Shown: positions 41,685 to 54,072, numbered from the stretch's first letter. The stretch: 64,000 bases of DNA from Bugula neritina (GCA_964035545.1 OZ037766.1:24048126-24112125); one strand, 5' to 3'. Notes: generated by a model not told the origin, from the letters alone. A program made the numbers and translations.

Positions 41685-43177
41685 CTATTCGAGCATATCG
41701 TATCACATAATATCAACTGTTTCCTCGAATCAAATGACCTGTTTTACCCACACCAACATGGTTTCAGGACAAATCATGGCTGCGATACTCAGTTGTTGAA
41801 TACCGTGAGTGAATTTATAGATTTTTTCGACGAAATGATACCGGTTGACCTCGCTGTCTTGGATTTTTCAAAGGCCTTTGACGTTGTGTCGCACCATAAA
41901 CTACAGGTTAAACTGCTAAATATCGGAATAGCTGATAAAACTGTCAAATGGATTTTTTCATGGCTTCAGAACCGTCTTCTTTCAGTCTGTGTCAACAACG
42001 TCAAATCGGCCACTAGACATGTGACCTCAGGAGTGCCCCAAGGCAGTGTATTAGGACCATTGTTATTTAATGTGTACATAAATGACATGCACTCTGCGGT
42101 AGCCAACAGCAAGCTTAAGCTATATGCAGATGATTCCTTGTTGTACAAACCAATCACAACACCTGCTGATTCTAGTTTATTTCAGAATGACTTAGACCAT
42201 CTTATAACTTGGGCAGACAGTTCTCAGATGAAGTTCAATATAAATAAATGTGAGCATATGACAATTCAACGCTCCACTGTAAATCCTCTAGTGTCTCAAT
42301 ACAGCATGAATAATGACCCCTTACAATGTGTTGACAAAGTATTATACCTTGGTGTCACGATTGATAATAAACTGTCATTCGATCAACATATAATAAACAT
42401 TTGCTCAAAAGCTAATAAATTATTACACATGCTGATGCGCTGTCTAAAAAAGGCTAAAAGTAAAACCAGAGCCATAGCTTATAAAACAGTCTGTCGCCCT
42501 ATACTAGGATTTGCGCCCCACACCTGGTCTCCATTTAAATTGAAAAACATCAACATCATAGAAGGTATAAATAGAAAAGCCTTCAGGTGGACATTCTGTA
42601 AGAGAAAACGAGATCATATAACTGAGCTCATGACAAATTCTAATTGGGATAGCCTTGCACAAAGATGTGACAATGCAGACCAAAAAATGTACTTTCGTAT
42701 GCTTTCTGGTAGTGCCGCTATAGACCAAGACCGGTTCTCCCTTCATTTTGCAGAGTCTCACAATACCAGACATGGTGCTATTAAGGGCAATATCAATACC
42801 AAAACTGCCAAACATTCATATAAACATCGCATCCATAAACTTTTCTAATGATTTTAGCTGCTTTGCCTAACTGATTATAAGCACTTAACACCGACTCTGC
42901 TTTATATCATCTGAAGCTGTGCGGTGTATATTTATTTATTTATTTACTTTTTTTTGTTTTTTTTTGTTTTTTTTTTTCTTTCCTTCTCTTCTGGCAGTAG
43001 CTAGCTATTGAGCTTTAAATCAAGGCATAATTAACTATATTCTTATCTCGTAGACAAAATAGTTTTCTTCCTAATACTGATAAACTAAACAATTGTTCAT
43101 ACACCACTGCATCTCGATAAAGAAGCCAAAGCGCTCCGAGTGAGATTAATTAGATGAGATGAGATGAGATGAGATGA
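41685..43177 (+). mobile_element. 5'-truncated non-LTR retrotransposon (CR1/L2-like clade); RT ORF to 42848, 3'UTR and (AGATG)5 tail
   Basis: FEHIV..QHGFR..CDTQL, LDFSKAFD, SGVPQGSVLGPLLF, LYADD, YLGVTID motifs; microsatellite tail at 43152-43176. Confidence 0.9.
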
Positions 43178-43339
43178 ACCAAAAGTTGCGTTTTTTGAGG
43201 ATAAATTTTAAAAAACTTTTTTGCGAATCCAAAGACCAGCACCATAAAAACCAGTCATATGTTGCTGTCTTTGTCAAATAAAATTAAATACAAACCATTT
43301 TACAAAGATAGAGCCACTTTTTTACTGTGTGTTTTTGGC

Positions 43340-44551
43340 ACAGTGTGCTCACCAGGGCAAGTTGAGCTACCCTGTGTGAAAGTTGAACCAGTACCATTTG
43401 TCCTACAATATAAATTGTTTTACCTTCTTTAATTGCAAGTTGAAAAACAATTTATTAAAGGTCAACCATAAATATCATTTTAAAATTAGAAGAAATTGGC
43501 ATTAAAAAATAGCAGAAACTCTGGATGTGATCGGTCATTGAACCATTCAACATCTCAAAGATAGGCAATGCAAAACCCAAGCAGCAGCAGCAGCAGCAAA
43601 CTGGTAGAAAAACTTTCAAAATGTGCTTTACAGATATGAAATGGGGTTTTCCGTATGTCATCAAAAAATATTCTGTATTTTTGAGTATAACCAACTTTTC
43701 TTGAGAGCTGCTTGAAAGCTCTCAACAATGGCAAATGATTTACACGACTGCTTTGCTTTGCTATAGTCATATTGCAGTAATTTAACTTTCTTAATCTGTT
43801 TTTTTTTGTTTATGTAATTTTGCACCATTCTGAAAACATTTGCAGAATAGCTTAATTACACTGTTGACGAATATTTCCATTTGTTCTAGGACTTAATGTA
43901 TGTTTTGATTTATCCATTGATGCATCTAGTTATTTCTACTAAGTTCCTCGCAATTATAGACACACTAATTTTTACATTTAAGTCTATATCTTTCTTATTT
44001 AAAATCTTTCTGCTATGGCAGAAAGATTTTAAATAAGAAAGATATAGACTTAAATGTAAAAATTAGTGTGTCTATAATTGCAAAGAACCTAGTAGAAATA
44101 ACTAGTGGAGCAAGTTGTACCTGGTTCAACTTACTCCACTTTCTATGTAGTTCAACTAGCTCCACACCCTCATGCTCCAATTTATTGTCAATATCTGCTG
44201 TGAGTGAGATATCTGTGTGACTTCAAGTTATTGCTCAGCTTTAAGATCATTTTGAAGACACATGCCTGAATTTATTTGACCGGCCTGTTAAAACCCTAGA
44301 AGCTATATTCATTTTTTTTATGAAAAAAGGAGTTTTTTGTTAGCTCCTTTTTTATGCAAAAACTCTGAGAAATACTCACTCACCTAAAAACTGTTGCTTT
44401 GATTTTATGCATTTTCATATGTCTATTGGTAGTTCATCTAAAACACTTTTAAGTAAAAGAGATAAAATAGTGCAATGATGTAAAAAAGAAAACTTAGAGT
44501 AATTTGTGATTCAACTAGCCTCGTGGTTCAACTAGCCTCACTATGCTGTAA
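43340..44551. mobile_element. Possible old non-autonomous DNA transposon with GTTGAACC/GGTTCAAC subterminal repeats
   Basis: GGGCAAGTTGAGC and AAGTTGAACC at the left end; TTCAACTAGCCTC twice at the right end; related motifs at 44107-44165. Confidence 0.4.
43926..44105. repeat. Near-perfect 180-bp palindrome
   Basis: Perfect 64-bp arms 43950-44013 / 44018-44081 around a TATG loop, plus 24 bp more with 3 mismatches. Confidence 0.95.
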
Positions 44552-46213
44552 TCATGCAGTTTTTAATTTTATTGCTGTTTATTATAATGGTTATCTTTAC
44601 ATAATTTAAAATATTAACAAAATGTTATAGCCTACTATATATTCCAGTCATCTAACTTGAAGGTGTAAAACTACATATCTTTGAGTATAGTTTTAATGTG
44701 TTTCTAGAGAGTTTGTGAGAAATTTCCTGTAAACTATATATAAACTGTTCATCTTTTATGTCAGTTATATGGTAGACAATACCCATACGAAGCCTCATTA
44801 AAACAATGCAGCTGTACTATAAAAAGTAAGTAAATTCCATGGGGATAATTTACTATATTATGCTACAACAAAAACACCAACTTGAAAATTTCAAATTTAT
44901 ATTTAGCTGCTGTCCAACTAAACAATTGATGCATATATTAAGTATTCAAAGATGACTATTGTAACAGTAGCTAGCAGCATTTTTACATGCACAGTGTGTG
45001 CATGTGTGTTTCATATAGTCCATCATCATAGTGTATTAATAGCTTCTAAACAAGACAATAAATTCTTACAACTGCGCAGCAAAGATCACAATTAGTGAAT
45101 CAAGTGTGTTGCAAAAGTCTAAGACAACAAGTCTGCCGGAACATTTATGTTCCCTTATTTGGAATTACTTGGGGCTGGTGGTGCAATTTGGGTGACCAAT
45201 GAGATCTGGAACACATCATTTTTGTTTATTTGTTTTTGTGTATTATTCTGCTGCTGTTGGAAAGTATTGGTTATCCTGATCAGTTTCAATTAGTAGAGCT
45301 AAAAAGCAAGTTATACTACTTATAATTTTACATTAAACAAGATACATATTACTAACTATTGAAATCTAAGAGCAGAAGCCATATTATCAAGTTATCAGAG
45401 AAGAGCTAAAGATTTGTCTGCTATATTAATTGTTCTATCATTTATTGTCTTAATGCTGTAATATCGATTCATTTAGTTTATATTATATAAAATGGTTTAT
45501 AGCTGACATTATTTTTAGTGAACTATTATGCAGTAATATTTTTGCTCACTTTAATAATTTTTTTGTGTCATTTTCTTACAGTTCTTACTTTCTTGTACTT
45601 TATTTAGCCTTATATTGTGTATTTTATTTAGATTTAATGGTGTAGCTTTGTGAGCAAAGTGTTATAAGTTGGAATAAAATACTATTAACTACACTCAAAA
45701 GACATCAGTTGAATTCCGAAACCTATAACTCTGATAAGCTTGCGGTTGCGAGCAGACTAAACAAAACTGCTACAACTATATATAGCAGCTAAGCAAGTTA
45801 TACATTAGTCATTAAAAAGAAATTATTGCAAACGTGTAATTGTTGATAATTATGAATATAATAAATATGGTGCCTTCCTGTCAATTGTTACATTTCGATT
45901 TTATACTTTTAGTACTAAAAACTGTTGAATTTATTTGGTGCTTTCAATTGAATTGAAATGCTGCAATGGAATGTCTACCTTTGTTTATTCCTGTGAAGTT
46001 TGAATTTTGCATTTAATTTTGTGTCTTTTGGTTATCCATTGTACTAGAAACTGTAATAAAACAAGAAGTTTTTTGCTAATTCAATTGCTCTACTTTATTG
46101 TGAAAAACTTTTAGGAATTACACAAAGTAAAGACAGCAACTAGAAAAATTAGCCTTTGAAAATATAACTTTGTTTAAGAAAATTTCAGAGTACCATTGAA
46201 AGACATGTCCAGG

Positions 46214-46579
46214 TTAGTGATAATGAGGTGGACAACGTGGTTGACCTCTGCCACCACACCTTCTCCCATGGCCGTTGCGTCCGTGCGATTGATACGGTTT
46301 TCTACCTCTGTCACTTCTTCTACCACCGTGTCTATAAGCCTCAGCTACTAAAACTGGTGAATATTCTTAAATTAGTTGGATGTTTTAATAGCAAACAATA
46401 GTGTATTTGTTTAATGATGCTGTTATTGAAACCATGGCACTGTGCAATAAATTATGCAATCACTTTTAGTATTTCAATCAGGTTTCACAGTTTTTCATTT
46501 AAAATTTACAATATAGTTCAAGCTTACCCAACGCACTGATGACAATCATGACAATTACAGCTACAGCAAGAACCTTCAT
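46214..46579 (-). CDS. Secreted Arg/Gly/His-rich peptide precursor with a Cys pair, paralog C, 61 aa
   Basis: Exons 46579-46528 and 46347-46214: MKVLAVAVIVMIVISALVAEA-YRHGGRRSDRGRKPYQSHGRNGHGRRCGGRGQPRCPPHYH*; same 52-nt phase-1 signal exon as A and B; not in the ORF track. Confidence 0.8.
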
Positions 46580-47535
46580 ATTGAATTTGTGTCTGCAAAA
46601 ATAATTGATAGCATTTGAGGCCTTTATACATGCAATAAGACCAGTGTGAATTATAAATCATTATAATAGGAATAGTAAATAAATATTTTCATACTCAAAG
46701 AAATAAACACAGTATCATAAAACACTATATCAATATAACCATTTGCCAAAATAGTATTAACTCAGACATTGATTTTTATCATGAAGCAAAATTTTTATAA
46801 ATTGATATAGTTGAGCCGTGAATTACAATACTTATAGCTATCTGAACTAGCAATACTAATTTTAACATAAAGTGCATATTACTGTTAATTTTTAATTTTT
46901 TACTGTTTGAAAGTTTAGCAATGTTATTATTAGCTTCACTAGGTTTACAAATAAAAACAAAATCATCCTTAACTATCATAGGTTGTAGTGGTTTGAAGAG
47001 CCACTTTATACAATGTAGTCACATATTATATAATGCAGCATAAAATTTTATTAACCGAGCACTGTTAGCTAAAATAAATTGAAACTTTATGATCAATGTT
47101 TAAATCTAACCTAAAGGAAACTGTAATATATAAAAACTTTTTTCTAAAATTTTGGGTTACATATTTTTGAACATATTTGTTCATATTTTTATAATTTTCC
47201 GTCTAGTTAACCAGAGTTTTAATTACTTTTGCGTTTGCATAATAAAACAAGTTGTATTTGTACAGTTTAATGTACTTTCAAATTTAAAAGCTAAAATTGA
47301 ATGTATATATAGCATATAGGCAAATTTAATGCTGAATTAGTATGATTTTTTATTGTATACATGTTATAATATTTTTTATTCATTAGCAAAGAATTAGTAC
47401 ACTAAAGAAAACAATAAATTCAGCATTATTCAACAAACTATTATATAACAAAATATTCAGCTGTTCAAATAGTACAATAGTACGAAACATAAAATTAATC
47501 TGTTTGTAAAAAAAACTCCAAATTCCTTCACTTAC

Positions 47536-47656
47536 CTCAAAATTGCTAGAGTTTGAATGCTGTTGAAATTATACTGCAGCTACAGCCTTTATATAGCACT
47601 CTGAGACAATTTTGCAGATTAGAAGTATCGCATTGCTATTCAAGTTGATTGGCTAA
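47536..47656 (-). promoter_or_regulatory. CCAAT + TATA promoter and non-coding exon 1 of paralog C
   Basis: TAGCCAATCAA (~47655-47645), TATATAAA (47595-47588), donor AG|GTAAGT at 47536/5. Confidence 0.7.
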
Positions 47657-48346
47657 TATACATCAATAATCTTCTAACGATTTTAGCAATGATAATTTTT
47701 GCATGCTTGTAAAAAAGAGTTTTCGGATTTGGCTATAGTTTTCGATTCACTGATATGCCTGTCGACAGATAAATTTTAATAATAATCCATAAACTATGTA
47801 ATACAACTTTTTATATGAATAGCTTTTACATATAAAAAATTGAGGTATATACTATATAAACAACATTACTATAACTCAACCTAAATACCATTGGACAAAC
47901 ACTCACATATCCTAATTTTTAAGATGTTATATAGATAAATAATTAATCATTTTTAAAAATTTAATATAGTTTTGTATAAATTAAACCTTGCAGAAAGAAC
48001 GATAAATTCACTAAATATTATGTAATTCCACTTTAATTGTATATCATTCAACGAGATTAACCTACAGTATTAGGTTAAACTGTTTATTCTGTCTTTTTGA
48101 AATTTTACCACAGGATACCCTACATATTTTATTCCATTAGACATCATGCAATGTCTAGGCTTCTTATCCTACTTAGCAATGTCTAGCACACAGGATGGCA
48201 ATAGTAATTAGACTCTAAACAAGTAATATTTTGCGATGGTCTAAATACAAATAAGAACTTAAATAACTATGAATAATTTGTTTGTTTTTCAAACCAGAGA
48301 AAGTTAAGCACAAAATAATGGAATGTTATTGCACGTCTGATCCTAG

Positions 48347-48347
<1 letters not shown>

Positions 48348-48428
<81 letters not shown>
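48348..48428. repeat. (TA)n microsatellite
   Basis: Directly visible. Confidence 0.95.
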
Positions 48429-48430
<2 letters not shown>

Positions 48431-50750
48431 TCAAAATTAAATCACAAGTTTTTAGAAAATTAAGTTGTAGCCTGACAGTAAAAATAAACTGATAATAAGC
48501 TGCTGAAGCACTAATGACTATTCAGCAAAACCTGGTAAACATAGTTTTGACAAAACCATATTACATGAACATCATTGAACCAAACAAAACTGTAAATAAT
48601 ATTTGCAAATTTATATCCTTATAGCTGAAAGAAGTGAAAAATCATTTTAGTATTTCAATACTTTTCATTTAATTTTATTAGGCCCATGTATATGTAGCAT
48701 GAATAGGAATTCATAAAAATTTCTAGCACTGTAAAAATAAATTGCTTTTGACATAGTTTTGAAATGGAACTATTTAAAAGTCATAGAATATTATTAGAAT
48801 AATAATACTTATACATTTTACACACAAAAAACAGTTATCAATAAATATGAAAAGTAAACCTGATTGATAGTCACAGATCAAAAAAATTGCCAGCAAAAAA
48901 ACATTTTATACTAAACTGGAAAGATAACATGATATGTGATATCGGTGTTCATTGCTTAGTAACAATTGATTTCTTAACAACAATTGGCCCCCAGTTGTTG
49001 AAAAGACGCTTACGACCTAAAGACATGCACTATTTTTTATACTGAAGTCATTGCAACTCATGAAATTGCAAAAATAAATTGTGTTATATACTGATAATAA
49101 TATGCTATGAAATATCCAAGAGATCATATGCATGTAGCCTATAATAGCCATGTTTGGTTACTAAACCAACTCCCATTATTTGAATAATATATCAAAGTTT
49201 TCTCTCTGCTCCTATTTTGCTGAATAAAGTTTATGGGGAAACAACTCATTTCCAACAACTAAGTTGTATGATGCTTAAATAAAAATCATCTAAACTATTT
49301 GAATGACTCGTAAGCATTACATCATATACTGTTTAAGTATGGAGTGTCAAATGGTCAAAAATTCACTTATTATCTAATATTAAAATGCCATCTATATTGA
49401 TAAGAATTTTTCATAAACTAGTGAATGGGAATTGACAAACAGAATTTCAAGAAACAAGCAACATATAAAATTTAAGTGTGCACATGGATTTTGCAAAATG
49501 TTACATAACTGAAGGGCAGTAAACTTTAAATCCATCAGCTTTAAATATATATTATTAAATGTTATTGGTTAAACCATATATACTATAACCATTGGTTGTG
49601 CAGTGTTTCTAAAAGTAGGACACAAAAAAGGTGCAGCTGCCACTAACCTCAATATAACTGCAATAGAATGGACTTTATCCGTTAGTAATCTGACGTTCAG
49701 GACGAACAGAGTTATAAAAAGTGCATTATATTATAATATATTTTGGGCACCAAACTTCTTATTGTAATGATCAGATATGGTTGCTCTATAAATAATCTAA
49801 AAAATTACTGAAAGATTATATTATTTCAGTCATCTAACACACCAGTGCATGCAGTACTGTAATAATACATGTCTATAGGTATAATGTCAATGTGTTGCTA
49901 AATAGTTTATAATATATTTCCTGTAAACTATTTATTGCTAATCTTTCTAGGTTTATCACCGTGGTAGACAATACTTTTTATGAAGCATTATTGAGACAAT
50001 GCAGCTGTGTTAAAAGGCATGTTTCATGGGAATAAATTTATAAAGACTTTTAAAGCAATCATCTTTACAATATAGTGTCAGTGTACTACACTGTTTCTGT
50101 TAGGAAATGGTAATGGAAGCAATTTTAGTATGTGTGTTAAAAGTAGAGCATTATTAAGCCAATGCTGCTGTATAAGAAGGTGGCAAGCTTCATGGGAGTA
50201 TGTACTTGAACAATACTTCCATGCGGCAAAAACAACAACTTGATAATTTTACTATTTTGTTTAGCTGCAGTCAATCCATGCACTTGATATACATTTATTC
50301 AGTATCCTGCTATTACTATAGCAGCTATAGACTAGTTGTCAACTATATAGCCATCAACGAGTTTATTTGGTTTTGAGTTATTTTTAAACACAAAAAAAAT
50401 ATTAAAAACAAATAAATAAGCAGAAAATAATGCCCAAACATTTATTTTGAACAGAATCGTCTATCTTAAGCTATAAGGGAAACTCTACATCTCACATGAG
50501 AACAGTTTCTAATGCCCTTCATTAATAAAAGCCCACATCTTACTATATAACACTATAATACAAATCAATTATTTAGGTATATATCCCAAGAATCTAAAAA
50601 GATGGTTTAAGAGTTTAAGAGTCACAGTAAAATATGGTACATATATACAAACTAAATTATTATCTTTTAACCCAACATTAGGAAATTTTATTGTTACTAA
50701 AAAATAGCAGCATAAAGAAAAAATACATTGCAAAAAAATTTATGTGGATT

Positions 50751-52142
50751 TTAGCGAGGAGGATCTTTTGCTGTACTAAACTTAACATTTAAGGAATATA
50801 TCATCTTTGATATTTTTGATGAAGCAGAAAAATCCGCTAGCAATTTGTTTATAAGTTTTGATGCAGAGCCTACACGGGTTAATCCATGGAAGTGATTATC
50901 ATATTTACTTGGTGCTTCGCAACACTTGAGCTCAATTAAACAAACGCTAGTAGTAATCCGGTTTGAATCATTTAGAACTGAATAACACAGAGCACATGCA
51001 TCAGCACCATCTGTCAGTTGGGATTTTTTAACTGTTATTTTTGAGATTCCATATTCTAGTAATCTGATTAAAGAATTCGAATAATATGGTAAATGATCCA
51101 AAGTGTTTTGTTCAAATGTATGTGCAGCTGAAGGGAAATTTTTAAAACTCATATGTTGGCTAGGGACGTTTAAATAGGCAGCATTAAGTAATGGCTTTGT
51201 AGTTGAAAAGGAAAAGTTTTTAAGCAAATTCAACCATACCATGCAAGAACTAATTGGGTAATGTAAAGCAGAATCCAGCTCTTCAAAGCATGTTTTCACA
51301 TACTCTTTTCTATAAATAGCTGCATAAAGTGTCAGATTTTGAGCTTCAACGCTCAACTGTGACTCTTGACAAGTCAGTTTACGGATATGTATGGTTCTGT
51401 TCCCACCATGAAGGTTGTCTACCATTTCAGCAGTTAAGCTATATAATGGCTCTTGTGATTGAATGCTTGATTTACTCCTATCTAGTAGTACTTTGGTTAT
51501 GCTCGGAAAAGATATTTCTTTCAATCTAGTTTTCCATAAATCAGTGTATATTTTTAGTTCACGCTCTACATAACGCGGCAGTTGCATAAACAAGACATCT
51601 CTCGATGTTGCTGCTGCTAGATGTTTACTGACCAAAACAGATTCTTGCCAAGCTAAAATGTCAATTTGAAAATAAAAAGTGATTAAAACCGAACAAATGT
51701 TTGGGATACGTTCACTTTTTACCAATTTCTGCAATTTTTGATTATTCAAAGCTAATTCTTTACTTATCATATCAGCTAACTTCGTATCATGAAGCTTAGT
51801 CTTAAGGGGTAAATACATTTCAATCAGATATTTTACATAGCTGTTAAGATAAGAGCAAAAGTCAAGAATCTCAGGAACTGGCTTTAGTGGATGATAGGTT
51901 AGAAAAATGACATCTCTAAGTTCCTTCATATAGTCACCATCCTTTCTTTGCCCAAAAACAAATGGAAGTGCACTCAGACCTAAACTTGGCTTTGTCAGTA
52001 TCACAGCAAAAAGCTGAACTATGATCTTATGAGATGTGGTACTAGGAACTGTAGGAAAGTAAGCACTAGGTTCAATTGTTGTCTCTTTTGGTACAGGGTT
52101 CTTAGTCTTAGAGACATCAGCTGACTTCCTTTTAGTAGCCAT
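50751..52142 (-). CDS. Uncharacterised 463-aa protein, coding region in one exon
   Basis: 1392-nt open frame in very AT-rich DNA with an ACCATGG start context; acceptor at ~52213 and donor AG|GTGAGT at ~53089 suggest a non-coding first exon; no family recognised. Confidence 0.75.
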   Translation of the reverse strand: MATKRKSADVSKTKNPVPKETTIEPSAYFPTVPSTTSHKIIVQLFAVILTKPSLGLSALPFVFGQRKDGDYMKELRDVIFLTYHPLKPVPEILDFCSYLNSYVKYLIEMYLPLKTKLHDTKLADMISKELALNNQKLQKLVKSERIPNICSVLITFYFQIDILAWQESVLVSKHLAAATSRDVLFMQLPRYVERELKIYTDLWKTRLKEISFPSITKVLLDRSKSSIQSQEPLYSLTAEMVDNLHGGNRTIHIRKLTCQESQLSVEAQNLTLYAAIYRKEYVKTCFEELDSALHYPISSCMVWLNLLKNFSFSTTKPLLNAAYLNVPSQHMSFKNFPSAAHTFEQNTLDHLPYYSNSLIRLLEYGISKITVKKSQLTDGADACALCYSVLNDSNRITTSVCLIELKCCEAPSKYDNHFHGLTRVGSASKLINKLLADFSASSKISKMIYSLNVKFSTAKDPPR

Positions 52143-54072
52143 GGTAACGACACAACCTGTTTAGAACTAAATGCTTCTTTTACAACTGGGATATGGTCTT
52201 CTATGTATCCCACCTGAATAGTGAAAAATAGAACTGCACTTAAGAAACTTTCCTTCCTATAAACAACTGACAATTTTGTGTGTTGAATACTCAATAAAAT
52301 TTGCACACATCAGTGACTTTAATGGCAAGTTTTTGATTTATTTAAATAATTGTAAGAAAAGATTATATTGAAGACTGCAGCAGAAGTACATCTCAGATTA
52401 AAAGTTAGTTTTTTGTTGTATAATAGAAGTTACTGATTGTTTATATGTAAGGGATACTGATAACTAAAAATCGATCAATTGCCAATCATCCAATATCTAT
52501 AATCTTTAAATTACTAAACAATTAACATTTGTGCATCTAACTTTGTGACAGTGTAAAATTAAATTAAATACAAGAAAGATTTTAGTGATTATATATACAT
52601 TCAGATATAATACTCATTACAATACTATAGTTAGTAGTATTCTATAGTATAATAGCAAAGTATTCTAGTTTTTGACAAGGCGGTGAAAATGGCATAGATA
52701 AAATGGCGCAGGTTATAATGAAACACATGAAAAATTAGGTAACATATGGAATTATTTGACTAGATGGGAATTTTAATGATGGTTACTCTCTTTTTTGTGC
52801 AAAATCTTAGCCAGTGTTTAGTTAAACTTTATTGATTTGCAGCAAATGGTAATTGATCAGCACATGTATTCTTACAATAACACAGACAATACCTAACTAC
52901 ATACTGCTCAATGGCACATGCAATGGCAAGCTGCATCTCCACTATTCGTAGAATGAACTTTTTATTCAATGTTTGGAAACAGTTGCATCTAATGAAATCA
53001 CAACCTTAAGGTCACGAAAGACCAAAATTTTATCCATTCCCATAATGCAAGCTAATGGGAACGCAGTGAAAAAGCAGCTTTGACTCACCTTGCAGAATGT
53101 AAATACTTTTTTACAATGTTTGTTTGTAATTTCCTCAGTATTGTGAGTCGATCAAGTCTTTCAATCTTCAACTACCAAATGTCTACAGAAATTTCTTTTA
53201 AAAGCCTCTATAACAGCAGCTTTCGACTTTCTTTAGTTTATCAAGAAATATAGCCAGAATTTAATTAGCTTGCTACAAAAGAGTGAAAACCCTTTATAAT
53301 ACATATTTTTAACTTCTTGTACAATTACCTCCCTCCCCCTCCAGTGAATAATGCCATTGTTCTAGTAAACTAGGCTCGTCATGCTGGAGTGTACCATAGG
53401 TTATTCAGCATAGGTGAAATTACACTCTGCTGCATAAATAATATTGATTTTGACAGCCAAAATCTAAAACTCATTGCATTTTGATATAAATTTTAAATTA
53501 ATTTTTTTTATACTTGTCAATGGATTTGTATGCTACAATTTTTATTTTCAATATATAAAAAGATTAGCATTAAAACACAAATAATTTAATAATCTATGCT
53601 TTGATATACATAAATTGAAATAACAGACAAGTTACGTATAACAATGATTGTACCTATTATGTTAAGGTTACGACATTTAGTAATTAACTTCACATATATT
53701 ATATTACTCTATTATATACCATTTTCAAATATCCAATCTATGTGAATATAAAATTGTATAAAAGATGTGTTTTTTATTGTGCTTGAACAGTTATATAATT
53801 TGAATAAAAAACGGAATTCAACATCTACACAAGCATAGCATCTATTTAGCATAGTTATATATTACGTAATACAACTTATGTCAAATATATAAAAAAATAT
53901 TTCATAAATGTAAGAGAAGTCCACTTGATTTGCTAGAAATTGCACAGAATAACAGTGCAAGCATTAAGTCACTTGCATATAATATCTGCAACACAAATGA
54001 AGAGATACAGGTCCCTGTAGTAGCCACTCCGGTTCATCTTATCTCTGCGTTATCTTGTTTATAAACATGGGA

